In this document: positions 35,675-48,774 of the stretch, piece after piece
Layout: every line of letters starts with the position of its first letter
How positions within the stretch are numbered: position 1 is the first letter of the stretch
Assembly: GCF_036321535.1 (NCBI RefSeq)
Contig: NC_087437.1
Coordinates: 89,096,001-89,160,000 of the forward strand
Length of the DNA stretch: 64,000 nt
Direction of reading: 5' to 3'
Source: Camelus dromedarius
Taxonomy: Eukaryota
Program-made: the position numbers and the translations under genes
Notes under the pieces: model-generated
What the model saw: only the letters and a program-made list of their open reading frames with translations
The model's database searches: none
What the model was told of the DNA's origin: nothing

Positions 35675-38600
35675 GGACATTAGCCACAATCATTGTCTTC
35701 CATGGCCTGGTCAGAGTACTTCAGGAAAAGAGTCAGAAAGACAGAAAGAAATAAACAATGTTATATTGTGTGAGATGCTCACATTTTAGAATTTCAAAAT
35801 CAATCTCATGTGGCTGGAGCAGCAGTGCAATTTCAGAGATTCGCGACCATCCCGTTTTGTGCATCCCCTCACACTGATCAGCCTTTACAAATCCTAACCC
35901 CCTGGTGGACGTTCTGCCATAGAGACTTCCACCTCTTATGAGTAAGTGGGAATACATAAAAGCTCAGATACAAGGCTGTGCTTTTTCCCTTGCTAAATGG
36001 TAATGTTTAACAGGGTTGGTACATACACAGAGATGGTACAGGAATCTGGTCGTAGAAGCTCCAACTTAAACAGCTTCCATGTAAGAGTTGTGTTCCAGAG
36101 AATTGACATTGGAAGAAATTATTGTTGATAGGGACTTTAATAGATGTGAAAGAATCTTTAACCTTATCCTGTTCAACCCTTTGCTCAACACTGCGGGGTT
36201 TTTTATGCAATGGAAATGCAATTTAATTTGGCGACCATTGCTCTGGCACTTTTCCTTTAGAACTGCTAGGACGACTGGACCACACCCAGGGATGCAGCTC
36301 CATCCTAGGGTCTGAGGTTGGCTGATCTACTAAGTTTCACCTTCTCACTCATCTGGGCCCAGTTTCAAGCCCTGACTTAGTTTAGATTGCACATTCTTAG
36401 CTCCACAGAATTTATTTTACTTTCTCCTCATTTAATTGTGTCTAAGTCTTCAACCAATCCAAATGAGTTAAATAATAAATGGCAACCAAAGCCTTCTTCC
36501 CTATCTGCTGTGTTGCCTTATCACATTCCTATCATCCCAGTCACGTATCAGCTTCAAGTTACCTCCACTACCATAAGATGAAAAGCAAATCATTTATTCT
36601 CAATGTCAAATCAGTTCTTGATCAGCCTCAGATATTGACTTTCTCTTTCCTTTATCTCACTTTTAAGAAAATTTGCTAAAGATCTCAGTTTTCTTAGGTA
36701 TAGCCTCACCTCTGCATCCTTTCATTGTGTCCTTTTTCTGAAAACCTCCCACCTCCCCTCTTGAAGTCCATATACTCATCAATTAAATAACAATTTAGAT
36801 CATTATGATAATGAAGGAGAGAGTGCAGATTTCATCCAACTGTTAACTTTATCCTGTTCCAAAGCTGGAGGATGCATACATGTCAATGGCATTTGTACAC
36901 AGTACCCAGCTAAATGTCAGCTATGACTTAATGTAATTCTAGTACCTAATCTAGGAAAAAGTAATATACAAGGGATGTCTTTGAGAGAGAATGCATTGTA
37001 CATTTCAAGCAAGGGAGACATTTTGGGGAGAAGTACATGAAATAGAGAGGAAGGAGACACTAATTAAGGTATTTAAATTTTCCAAATCAATCCTAGATTT
37101 CAATAGGGTGACAAATAAGACTGTCAGACCTCTTTGTATCTACTTTTTCAGAGTAGGTAAATAATTGCATGTAAGTATATTTTAAAATGTATGCAAGTAT
37201 TTGAAAGACACCATTATAAAATATTCAAATATATAGGTATATAAATTCATAATTTTCAGAACACTTTAATATAATGAGTTTATTTGTTCCTTTCATCTAG
37301 TCTGAAAACTGTCAAATGGAAAAACTGCGGCTCCTAGAGAGTGATAACATTCCCAAAGTCCCATGGAGCCAAAAAGTGGTTGAATCAAAATTCACATTCA
37401 GGACATCTATTGACTCAATAAACATTAATTTAGCAGCTACTCTATGCTAGACTTATGCTCCGGGCAGACCAAGAATTTTCTTGTTGTATCACTATGGCTT
37501 TGAAGCACATGCTCTAAATAAAATAAAATGACAGTATCTTTTAAAGTCATTGTTGAATTATTATTTCTTTTAAAACAGTCTCACAATTTTTTTGGTTTAG
37601 TCTTTAGAATCTTATGAAGCTCAAAAAATACAATCCAATAGCATTAGATGACTATTTCTGAACACCACTGACCATTTAGTGCATTTATTCAAAGTGTGGA
37701 ATTATAGCATCTTCTCTAGATAAATTTATGTCTAGGTATTAATAAACATAAACAACGTTACTCCTAAAATTTAACTTAGAACATCTGTACTTTTCTAGTA
37801 GAATCCACAGGCAAACTTGTAATTTGATTTTGTAACCCAAACTAAAGCATCCTGTTTTGTTTTATGTAAACAATGTCAATAACTGACAGGAGATATATAT
37901 CAATAAGTTTCTTGTCAACTAAAGTTAAAAAGAATCATTTGCTTGTTTTCTATAATCCAAGTAGAATGTTTGGGCACAAAATCTCTTAAAATACTTTGCT
38001 TGTTAAAATCTAACTGAATATGTTGGGCCCATTTAGGACAGCGTTGTAAGTTGCCTTAACCAGGAAACTGAGGAAAAATATGTCAACTCTAGGTAATTTC
38101 AAATTTTGTTATAACCAAGCCAGCTTTTCTTGTTATTCAGTGCTCAGTGCCGTGCTTTTCTATCTTTGCACAAATTATCTGTCCCATAGACATCCAAAAG
38201 CTTTTAATAATCTGTGGGTTGAAACAGTCCATGGATATTTATTTTTATTAATCCATTCTTTCACTCCAGTCTCCAGTGCACTCACTAGGCTGTTGGCTTT
38301 TTAATTCTGTAGTATTCTGACTCCATAAACCCACAGAGCTTGTGGTACCTTTCAGTACCATTCTGCTATCCAGGAGTGAGGCTTTGAAATGCGAAAGCTT
38401 CCTAGACCTCCAGATAATAATGTGATGGGTAGAGCCAGCTGATTGCTCAGGCCAGGCTTTACTGGGGAGTTACATCTTCATAGATTCACCATGACCCAGC
38501 TTTGCTGGTTCAGATGCTCACTTTTGTCAGTGTATCCAAGTGTGACCATTCTCTGATTCTCAGTGATCATGTTTAGGAGACTGATTTATAAGCCAGAATG

Positions 38601-41600
38601 CTGATAATTTACAACTGGGTAGGAGAATTTGGCATCTGCTCACCACAGTTCTTTCCAAGTAAGTAGGTATATTCAGATAAATAAATAAAGATCAGGAAGT
38701 TGCCTGGTGAACACTGTGTTATAGAAAAGGAGTAGAATATTTTTAAAGGATTTCTCTATCCTAACTGAAAATAACTTGCTTCCACTGCAGAGAAAGTTTA
38801 AAGGAAAGAGATCAATCATGAGAAATACAATCTTTCTTGAGGATACCAAAGAAACTAACAAAGCTCTAACTCATTATCCTTCAATACCCCATCCTTCTGT
38901 TGTATTTAACATTATATTTCTTCTTTTTCTTTCAAGACACAAGACATATTCATTTCTGTCGTCTAATTTTTTCAAGTTATGATAGAAAAATCTCATTAAT
39001 TTTATAAAGAAGTTTTGTCCAAATTATAGCATGAATTATTTCTGTGTTTTCTCAAACACCTGATTCTAAATATTAATTCATTTGTTCATTCACCTTTGTA
39101 CATTCATTCATTCAAAAATAGCATAGTGTGTCTTGTTAGCTTCAATCAAAGAGAATATATCTTCTCTCTAAATTTTAATTCAATTACTATCTTTAGTAAC
39201 TTCTTTGAATAATTATTAGACCTACTTTGTAATTCAGGTTTGGACTTTCATTCTTTGCAGTCTATTCTGGCCTAAGTCCCTGTCCCAAATTTTGTTTTTA
39301 TCATGGAGGATGTTTCTGGAACTATGAGCTCTCAGTTTCCTGTCATTAACAGCAGGAAAATGAAGGCTTCAGTCATCCCTCAGACACAATTCTAATATGA
39401 AACATGAAATTCTCTACTCATTCTATTCCTAGAGTTAAGCCAAAGAGATCAATAATATCATGGGGTTAATTAGCTTTGAGGCATGAGCTATAAATTCCAA
39501 AACATGATAATATACATCGCTATAAAATCACAGAGAATTTAAGTTTTCTCAAGGATTTAGAATCTGGTGATTCTTCTAATTTTCCTGTCTTCTCTGTTCT
39601 CACAATTGTAGTTATTTTTCAGTATTTGTAAATATTCTAATTTTTTTTAGGTAAATGAAACATATTGAACTTGACTTTATCTCCCAGAGTCACATTGATG
39701 CTTTGTAAATGTAGATAAATACAAAAAAGTACATATTTGGCCAGTTTTGTACCACTGTTTCCAGCAAGATGATCAAAGTCAAGTAGTAATGTATTCTCTT
39801 GACCTTGATGTGGTTACAAGTAGATCGTCTCTCCCTTCAGAAGTGTTAGGGTATGATCGCTTCTTCTTCTTAGGATGAAAGTTTGAGTCATTGTACTCAC
39901 CACGTCAGGGTAAAGAACCAGACACGCTGCTGAAGAGAAAATTAAGATTGACTTAAAAATCAGAACACATTCCAGTATAGCTTGACTGTCACTCTGCACA
40001 AAATGACATTTGGCCTTAAACCATCAACTTTGGAGATCTGGTGTGGTGGTTAGTTTCAAACTATGGCTTCCTAAGGAGGTTATTATGATAATGAGATCAT
40101 GAGGGATATAACAATAAGTAATTAATTATATTGAGATTATGCTTTCTAAAAATAGCTAATACATGAAATAATTATATTACATGGTGGGGAGGTACGTTTT
40201 TATCTCTTTCAGTGAAACCTGGTACACAAATGCATTCACTTATTAATGAAGTTAAGTAATAATCAGCACTACAAACCATTCCTTGCTTACCTCTAACAAT
40301 AAGAACCTTAAGCCCATTAAACTATGATTCAATTTAGAAAAATTTTATTCATGTAGTTATTTTTAGAAGTATATCTATTTCATAAATATAATTTACAAAT
40401 GAATAGAAAACTGCTTGTCTGTGATGTTCCTGGTCTAGTTTTCCTTTGCAATTATACAAATCTCTGATTAACACAGAACAATTAATAAATTTTCTTTGTT
40501 TTATCTCTTTTGGGGGGAAATATTGGGATTTTTAAATACAACTATCAAGAAGGTCACAAGTGATAAATTGCAAAAAGAGAGCTATATTTTAGGCTTGCAG
40601 TATTCTTCTGAACTATTTTGTCCCAATCTATACTAGTCTGAAAGTTCATGTGTCTGGTAGAAAAAAATGTGCCTGCTGAACCTGCTTCAGAAAAGGTAAC
40701 AGAATTATGATTGGATTTCACTAGCGCTCATCACTTACGCCCCAGAAAAACGAGCAGAAGATACCAGGACACCTTGTCTTTTAAGGTGTCTCTGATTTGT
40801 GCTACTGGTGGTGCCAGAACACATCTCTGTGTGTGCCCACAGGACGAAATAATACAGACTACTTGAATGTTTAAAGAGAGAAATTGATCTCGGCAGTAAG
40901 AGAGAGAAATTCAGTGGGTGTGTTTCATTTTGATGAGTATTGTCTTTAGGTGGGGAATAGAGAAGAAGGTAACTTCTGTCTTGAAAAATTTACTCTAATT
41001 ACTTTCAAAACCAAAACAGTCATTGACTTATTCTCTAGTCAACACTCATAGAATGCCTACTGTGTGTCCAACACTGGCTATGCAAAGAGGATGACATGGT
41101 GGGTAAAAACAGCCATGCTGAAAATAAAATGATTGAAGCTTGTCAAAAACATTGCAACTCTGAATCAATTTTTACTATTTTTTAGGAATTACTTAGTTCC
41201 TGGGCTAATTTCAAATTTTAAAAAGGCCCTAGTTCAAGATTTGTAAAGCTATAATCTGTGAATGAAGATAAATACTAAATGTTCTACATCCTTAGATCAA
41301 AGAATATTTTTCTAACAGCGCTGGGATATGAATGACAGCATTTAGTGGAACTTTAAAAGACATTTTTGAGTGTTCACAAAATGTAAGAAAATGTAATTTT
41401 GGGTCTAATTTTGATCCTATTTTATAATGGTAAATGATTCTAGGTTCAAATTTCGTCCTTTAATTTACTATATCACAGGTTTATTCTATTTAGTAGGGAA
41501 TCCAGGTAGAGGTTATGTGAAAGGGTAAATAAGCAATTGTCTAACATTTACTCTTTCAGTAAATATTTATCACACTTATCCAATAGACTCAACAGAGGCA

Positions 41601-42864
41601 GAATTAATGTAATCTTTTTAGAGGGGTCGGGGTAGAAACCTTATAAAAGTGTGTGAAAGTGAAGCTGATGTAATTTGTGAGCACAAACTCATTAACCAGA
41701 CCAGGAGGCTGTGTAATGGGAGTACACAGGAAGCATGAGACCATGTTTGTGCTCAACGAAGGAAGCTTTCACTCCAGACTCAGTCTGCAAAAAAGCCCTC
41801 TTTGTGTTAAAAGCTGGCAGGAGAGAAACCCTCCCTTTACAGTAGCAACTGCAGACCATAGAGGCAGTGAGTGAGAAGGACACAGATTGCCGAGCAGTAA
41901 GAAGATGAAAGTAGAAAGACAAGCTTGTCTTCAGTGGATGTAACTCGTGGTGTACAATCGGCTGAGCATATTAAAGGGAGGAAAAATCTCAGCATAGAAT
42001 TAATAATAGTCTGTCTCTAATATGGAGGTTGAAAAAGTGTTTAAACACAGGCTGCAGATTTTTTCCAAATAATAAAAGAAAGCATCAGTGTAGATTATCC
42101 TGGGAGAAGAATGTCAGAGGGATGACACAAAAGCATATCAACAGAACTTGAGTAATTTAGAGAAACTTTTCTTGACTCACCAAGCAAATAAATGGTTTTC
42201 TCTAGTTCCTTAACAGGGAGAGTTGAAATTAACTTCAGTATTTTAATATTTGTGATTTATTTTCTGAATACAAATTATGTTTCTGTTTCTCATGATCTAT
42301 AAGCTGTGTAGCCTTTTCACTCCATAAGATCATTTCATAAGTATTTTTATTATATTTATTTTCACACACCTCTTTTAAATAACTGAATTAGTTTTCACTG
42401 TCATCTGGGAGTCAGTGTTATAGAAAAGAAAACAGCATCTGGTAGCTACAGTTATATGCATATATGCATGTAGGTTGTGTCAGACAGATAACACTGGAAA
42501 CAGACTAAAAGACCATCTATAAGAAAAGGTTAAATGAATTAGCTACAGCCATTGCATGACTATCATGTATCCATCAGCAGGACAGACTGAAGTAACAGTA
42601 GTCTAGGAGAGTTAACAAGGAAGTACTCACTGGTGAAAAAACAAGGTGCAAGAGAGTGCAATGTTTTACATCTTTACATTATTTGTTTTTTTGTAAAATG
42701 CCCAGTGCACATAAAATCCTTTGTATGTATATGTGCATGTATACACACAGTTATAAAATATCTGTATAAAATTATATAAGCATGAAGAAAATAGAGGTGG
42801 GTCTATATTAGGTGGTTAACTGGTTCCTAAAAAAAAAGGTAGGGACATTCTGAAGGTGCTTGTT

Positions 42865-43365
42865 TTTATTATTATTTTTTTAATATTTATTTTTAAATTT
42901 GAGATATGATTGACATATGACATTATATTAGTTATAGGTGTACAAAATAATGATTTGATATTTGTATACATTGTGAAATGGTCACCACGATAAGTCTAGT
43001 TAACATCCATCACCTTACATAGTTAGGGATTCTTTTTCTTGTGGTAAGTACTTTCAGGATCTCTTCTCTTAGCAACTTTCAAATAGGCAATACCGTGTTA
43101 TTAACTATAATCAGCATGCTGTACTTTACATCCCATGACTTGTTTATTTTATAACTGGAAGTTTTTACCTTCTGATCCTCTATGCATCTCTTTCCTTCCC
43201 ACCACCTCTGGCAACCATCTATCTGTTCTCTACATCTATGGGCTTGGCTTTAAGGTTTTGGTTTGGTTTAGGTTTTAGATTCCATATATAAGAGAGATTA
43301 TACAGTGTTTTTTTCTGCCTGGCATATTCCCCTTAGCATAATACTCTCAAAGTTCATCTGATGGT
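42865..43365 (-). mobile_element. 5'-truncated L1 3'UTR (L1MA-like)
   Basis: T-rich tail, then gagatatgattgacatatgacattatattag…ttagcaactttcaaata. Confidence 0.85.
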
Positions 43366-44619
43366 GCAGTTACTTTGAAGCTAAAAGGAAAGAGAGAGAG
43401 AGAAAAAGCAAAGTTTAGAAAAGGTAAAAGAATAGGAAAATGGTTCTTTAAAAAAGGCATTGATATACAACATTGTCTGTATATTGATGTGTCATTATTT
43501 CTGTGTCTATGTGTAGGGAGAACTTTAAAATTAAAAAAAGATTCTGATTCATGAGTGATGAAAATATGAAGTGACACTCCACACAGATCCTTTTTGGTTC
43601 TTGAATTTTGGAACCATATAACAACAACAACAAAAATCCATTCAATCGCTTTTGTCTACTCTACAGTGTTGATAGCCAAACCCAAAATTTCAATGTAATT
43701 TGGGATTTTTTTCCAAAGATAAATTTTCTGGACAATAGTATGATACTCCATAGTAAAACAATATTTTCAGGTAAATATTTATACATAAACTCTCTTAACA
43801 TTTTCTAAGTCTAATTGTGATAGTTTCTGAAGCATAATTTAAAATTAAAATATACCAGTTTCAACGTTTAAATATTAAATACATATAAGGATATCATCAA
43901 TATTACTATTTAACATCTGTCTGCATTTGGTAACTCTTAAAATAATTTTGTTTTGCAATGTAGTAATAAAGAATGTAGTATGTATATGTTTTTTCCCCCT
44001 GTAGTTTATTTTCTGGTTAAAGTTCTTAAGTGAAGCACAGATTCACTATTTCATAGACAATGCAGGAAAATATCTTTTTAATATGATAAGTAATTGAAGA
44101 ATGGGGATGTGGTTATATCAAAGGACTTCCAGAAAAAATAGTTTGCTTTAATAGAATGAAAAAGTAGAAGAAGTATTTGTAATTGGTGCATTATTTTATA
44201 TAAAGAATTTTTAAAAATTTGAGCAATTTCTTAAATCCTGAAAAACATAATTATTCTCTTGTGATATCTTGAAGGATTAGTAAACTTTTTTCTTTAGTCT
44301 ATGAAACACACATTTTGGCCAAGCCCTAGAGAGTCAAAATTTTCAATGTCCAAATTAATTATAGGTTCAAGTATGTTTGCAAACTCAAGCTACTATAAGG
44401 GTGAAAATTGTAGCTTCCTCTAAACCCAATACATTTTAGGAAAAATTAGTTTCTCAGATTAACAATATAATGTAAATTTCAAATATAAGCATGTACACTG
44501 GCCAGAACCCTAAAAAAGTAAATGAGAAAGCTGAATTATATCAATAGTACTTTATATTTTTAATCAACCATATATTTTTTTGGGGGGGGCCATCTCATTC
44601 CTTGATTCTTGAAAAACCT

Positions 44620-45210
44620 CATAATAGCTAACATTTACTGAGTGCTTTGCATGCCAGTCACTACTCTTGATGATTTATATGTGTGGACATATTTAAGGCA
44701 ATTCTGTGAAATATGAACTATTAATATAATCATTTGACAAATGAGGAAACTAAGACACTAAAAGATTAAGTACACTGTTAAGAAATTCAATGGGTATAAA
44801 GTTCCAGTTGTGCCAGATGAGTAAGTCCTAAAGATCTGCTGTATTCTATCTGTACTGTGCTTATCGGTAACAGTACAGTATTGCAAACTTTAAACTTCGT
44901 TCAGAAGGTAGTTATGTTAAGCGCTCTTACTATCAAAAACAAAAAACAAGCAAACAAACAAACAAACAACAGGAACATAAAGAAACTCTGGGAGGTGCTG
45001 GGTATGTCTTTAACATTGATTGATGGGATCAAGGATGTTTGTGTATGTTCAAATTCATCAAATTGTACAAATTAGATATGTGCAGGCTTTTTTGCATATC
45101 AGTTATACCTTCTATAAGCTATTTATAAAAGAAAATAAATTTATAAAAGAAAATCACTCAGCCAGGATGTGCAGAGCTGTGTTTCAGACCAGACAGATTA
45201 CTCTGTCCCA
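44620..45210. mobile_element. MIR (minus) interrupted by an L1M 3'-end insertion (+, ~44780-45150)
   Basis: MIR core aaatgaggaaactaagac; L1 tail gggtataaagttccagtt…aaattcatcaaattgtac; MIR resumes at ~45153. Confidence 0.75.
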
Positions 45211-45216
45211 TCATAC

Positions 45217-45422
45217 CTGGGCTTCTCAACCTCTCCAGTACTGATATTTTGGATCAAATACCTTTTTGTTGCTGGGAAATCTCCTGTGCCTTGTAGAGTG
45301 TTTAGCAAAATCCTTTCCTATACTCATGAGATGCCACCCCAGAAATCATAACAATCAAAAATATCTCCAGATATTGTCAAATGTTTCCTGGGGACAAGTC
45401 TCTCCCAGTTGAGAAGCACTGG
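45217..45422. mobile_element. MER20 hAT element
   Basis: Imperfect TIRs cttctcaac…gttgagaag; caatcaaaaatatctccagatattgtcaaatg. Confidence 0.85.
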
Positions 45423-47379
45423 GTTAGATGACTCAGAACATTAAGAGCCTCGACTTAATGGAGGAGTAGGTGAAAATAAAAGTTCTATTTAGAAGGGAGC
45501 AGGAAAGAATGGATGTCAGGTTAAAGGATCTACAGTACCCACTAGCTATGTTGAATATTCGTTGTCCTTTGTCCTCTAGTACAATGAATATTTCTTGAGT
45601 CTTTGTTTTGCTTCTTGCTTTTCTTATTCCTGGGGGGCTAACAATTGAGGGTAAGTCATTGCTATGTAAGAATGTTTAAAGGTCTCAAATGGTACCAATG
45701 TAGACATGTCCTGATTCTGCATATTTAAGGATGGGGACACCAATCACAGCTCAGAAAATCTGTGCAGATGGGTACTGACCATACAGCTTCCAGTTAATGA
45801 TCTGACCAAGGGTGAAAAGATAGTGGTATGTCTTCCCTTATCTCTGAAATACATCAGGCAAGGTTTAAATGATGGTTTTCTGAATATGGACATTTTCTTC
45901 TAAGAGGATGAGTTGAAGAGGGGAGAAAGATGAGTAAAAAGAAAAATCATATACAATTTTGAACTATTTCATTCATTCAAAGCTAACTTCTTAGCAAACA
46001 ATTTAATTTTTAGTGCAAAAAGGCCCCTGCTAATTTCAGTGTGAGCCTCTACTATAACTTGGCCACACAATCCAGATCCCACCTCTGCCTTTAGAGAACC
46101 ATGCCTCAAATCTCTTTTATTTACTACAAGTGAAACAGGTAAAGAGCAGTTGTAAAAAAACTCACATTTAACTTTTCACATCTTTATTAAAATGAACATA
46201 CACTCCATTCATTGAGTATAAGATAGGTCAAAGTTGGCATGTAACTCTAAAATATGTTATCATTCTATCTTCACAGACCTTCTCTCTTTTGAAGGAAAAG
46301 CTTTATTTCTACATATAATAAGAGTAAAGATTTAAATGTTGGTAAATAGATACCATGTTGTTAAAATCAACTGTTACATAACAGCAATAAACAAAGGATG
46401 GCATTATATGGATAGTAATAAAAATAATGTAAAGTAAATCACTCGGGAAATATCATATCAGTGATCGAATGAACAAAGGCAAAAATAATATGATTTATTC
46501 TTAGCATTTTTACTGATTGATTTTCTGTCACTTAAAAATAGCAAATTTAATTTATATTCCCATTATATGTTGAGGAAAAAAATAAGGGCTAATAGGGTAG
46601 ATTAAAAACTCCTTTGCTAGCAAAAATATTTTTGGTAATTTTCCTTTTGGCTGGCATATGAGTTAGTGAACTCCATTTTATTTTGTAATAAATTGTTCCT
46701 TCATTAGGGTACAACTTATAAAAACACATTATTTTTATTACTATTAATTTTCAGCCAAGAATCTTGTCAGTTATCCTGCAGTCTTGATATATAACAAAAT
46801 TCCCTATTCCTTGAATCTAAGTGTTCCATGACAATACCATGTACACGGCAATCCTTTTGGATAACAGTATATCTTAAGGCAAAAAAAAAATCACCATTTT
46901 AGATATTGTATTATTTAAATATTTTAGTAGCAATCTGTGTTTTGTAAAGATTAAAATATATATAACCGTTTATGTGGAATTAAAGTATCGCTAGTGTTTG
47001 AGTAGAAGGTCTCTAATCATTGGTATAGGTTTAAAACCAATGTCAAATTCTGAAAAATTCTGCAGTATTGCAAGCATTAATGTTATTAGATAATGTTAAT
47101 ACGAAGCTAGAGAAATGTCATGAAATTAGACCTATTCCATGCAGAAACATTATATACATGATAAATTTTAATTAAGAGTAAGCATGTATTTTTTTTAGTA
47201 AAGGAAGATAAAGCAATCTCCCTTAAAGTGTATTGTAAGGTAGAATTATTTATGATATCTATTATTTTGGTTGTAGTCTACTGGCATGTAAATTCTTCAG
47301 GGCTGAGCGGTGAAAAAGTAAAAAGAACAGAGTTGGGGAAAATATTCATAAAACTACTATAGTATATAATATATTTCAG

Positions 47380-47630
47380 ACACCAGTATAAGTTCTTTAC
47401 TTATATTAATGCTTTTGGCTGCAAAATAAGTATAAAATATAGGTACTATTATTATTATTCCCATTTACCAGTGTGAGAAAACTGAGATCCAGATAGGCTA
47501 AATGACTGCCCGAGGTCACCGAGCTAAGAAGTGACTGAGATGAGAAGCAAGGTGGTTAAGTTGACTTATAACTCTAAAATATAATTCTGACTCTGGTTTC
47601 AGAGTCTGTTCTTTAACCATGCTGCTATTT
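47380..47630 (-). mobile_element. MIR
   Basis: attattcccatttaccagtgtgagaaaactgagatccagataggctaaatgactgcccgaggtcac. Confidence 0.8.
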
Positions 47631-48737
47631 TGATTGTACCTGGAGTATCCTGTAATTATTGATACTAAGAGACTCTGAAGCAAATAACATTGTTGACAAC
47701 TGTGCCCTCAGTCCGTAATACAAATTGAATAATATCCTTTCATGCTATTTAGAAAGAAATGTGCTATAAAATTGAGCTGCTCAAAAAATTTTAAATATAG
47801 TTTTATATTTATATTTAATGTAATTAATTAGATTCATGTTTATTTTGAAATACTTATTTTAAAATAATTTTTTGAAGAAGGTAGATGAGGAAAGGGAGTC
47901 AACTAGCCTAACTGTTCTATATGCCTTTCTTTCTTGATAAACAGTTGAAATACATTAAACTCAATCAAGTCAGCATAATACAAGTATCATCCCATTTAAG
48001 AGACTGTAACCATACTCAGTTAAAACCAGTTTGAAGTGAACTGATAGCCTTTGAATAAGGAGAAGATCTGGCAAATACATAATTTTTGCAACAACCTAAC
48101 TCATCACTATAATCTAAACATACAACAGGTAAAAGATTATCTTGATGTGTGTGGGCTTCACTGAAGAAAGTCAATATCCTCAGCTCCTCCAAAAGAGACA
48201 GAGATAAAAGGAGAGAGAGAAATAGAAACAGAAAGAGAGAGAGAGAGAAAAGGATTCATACCAAGAGTTTATCATAATAGGATTTAACAGGATTTAGTGG
48301 AGAATCTCTGCTCTGTTTCAGTTTTACATATCAGCATAGTAGGTATAATTGTATATGTATATGTGTATATATATATATATCTACTATATTATAGTAGATA
48401 TAATTCCTTATCCATACCGTTTGTTAAAGCAAACTCAAAAATATACTTTAAATGTTGGGAAATAGGGTTTTTTGTACAAATAAAAATATCTGCACTGTTC
48501 TGTAATCATCTCAGCTCTGTATAAATTGGAATACTCTGCCTTGTCTCACTCCATCAGTCCTTAACCTATTGCTAGAATTAACCAAAAGAATTTCAATCTA
48601 TTAAATTGCTTTAAAAATTGTTAGTGAGGGCTTCCATATAAACAAGTACTTAACATACACTAAGACCGTATCGAGTATCTAAATTATATATGAAAGAAAA
48701 AATCTAAAGACACTTGCCTTGTCTGCAAAACACTCTT

Positions 48738-48774
48738 TTTTTTGTTAAACATTTTTTTATTGAGTTATAGCCAT
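48738..48774 (-). mobile_element. Ultra-short (37 bp) L1 3'-tip insertion
   Basis: Perfect 14-bp TSD tgcaaaacactctt (48724-48737, 48775-48788); T-tail plus ttattgagttatagccat resembling the L1 3' terminus. Confidence 0.85.

Noticed and set aside
40765..40790. 8-bp stem hairpin gacacctt/aaggtgtc
   Set aside because: Too short for a pre-miRNA; expected by chance in 64 kb
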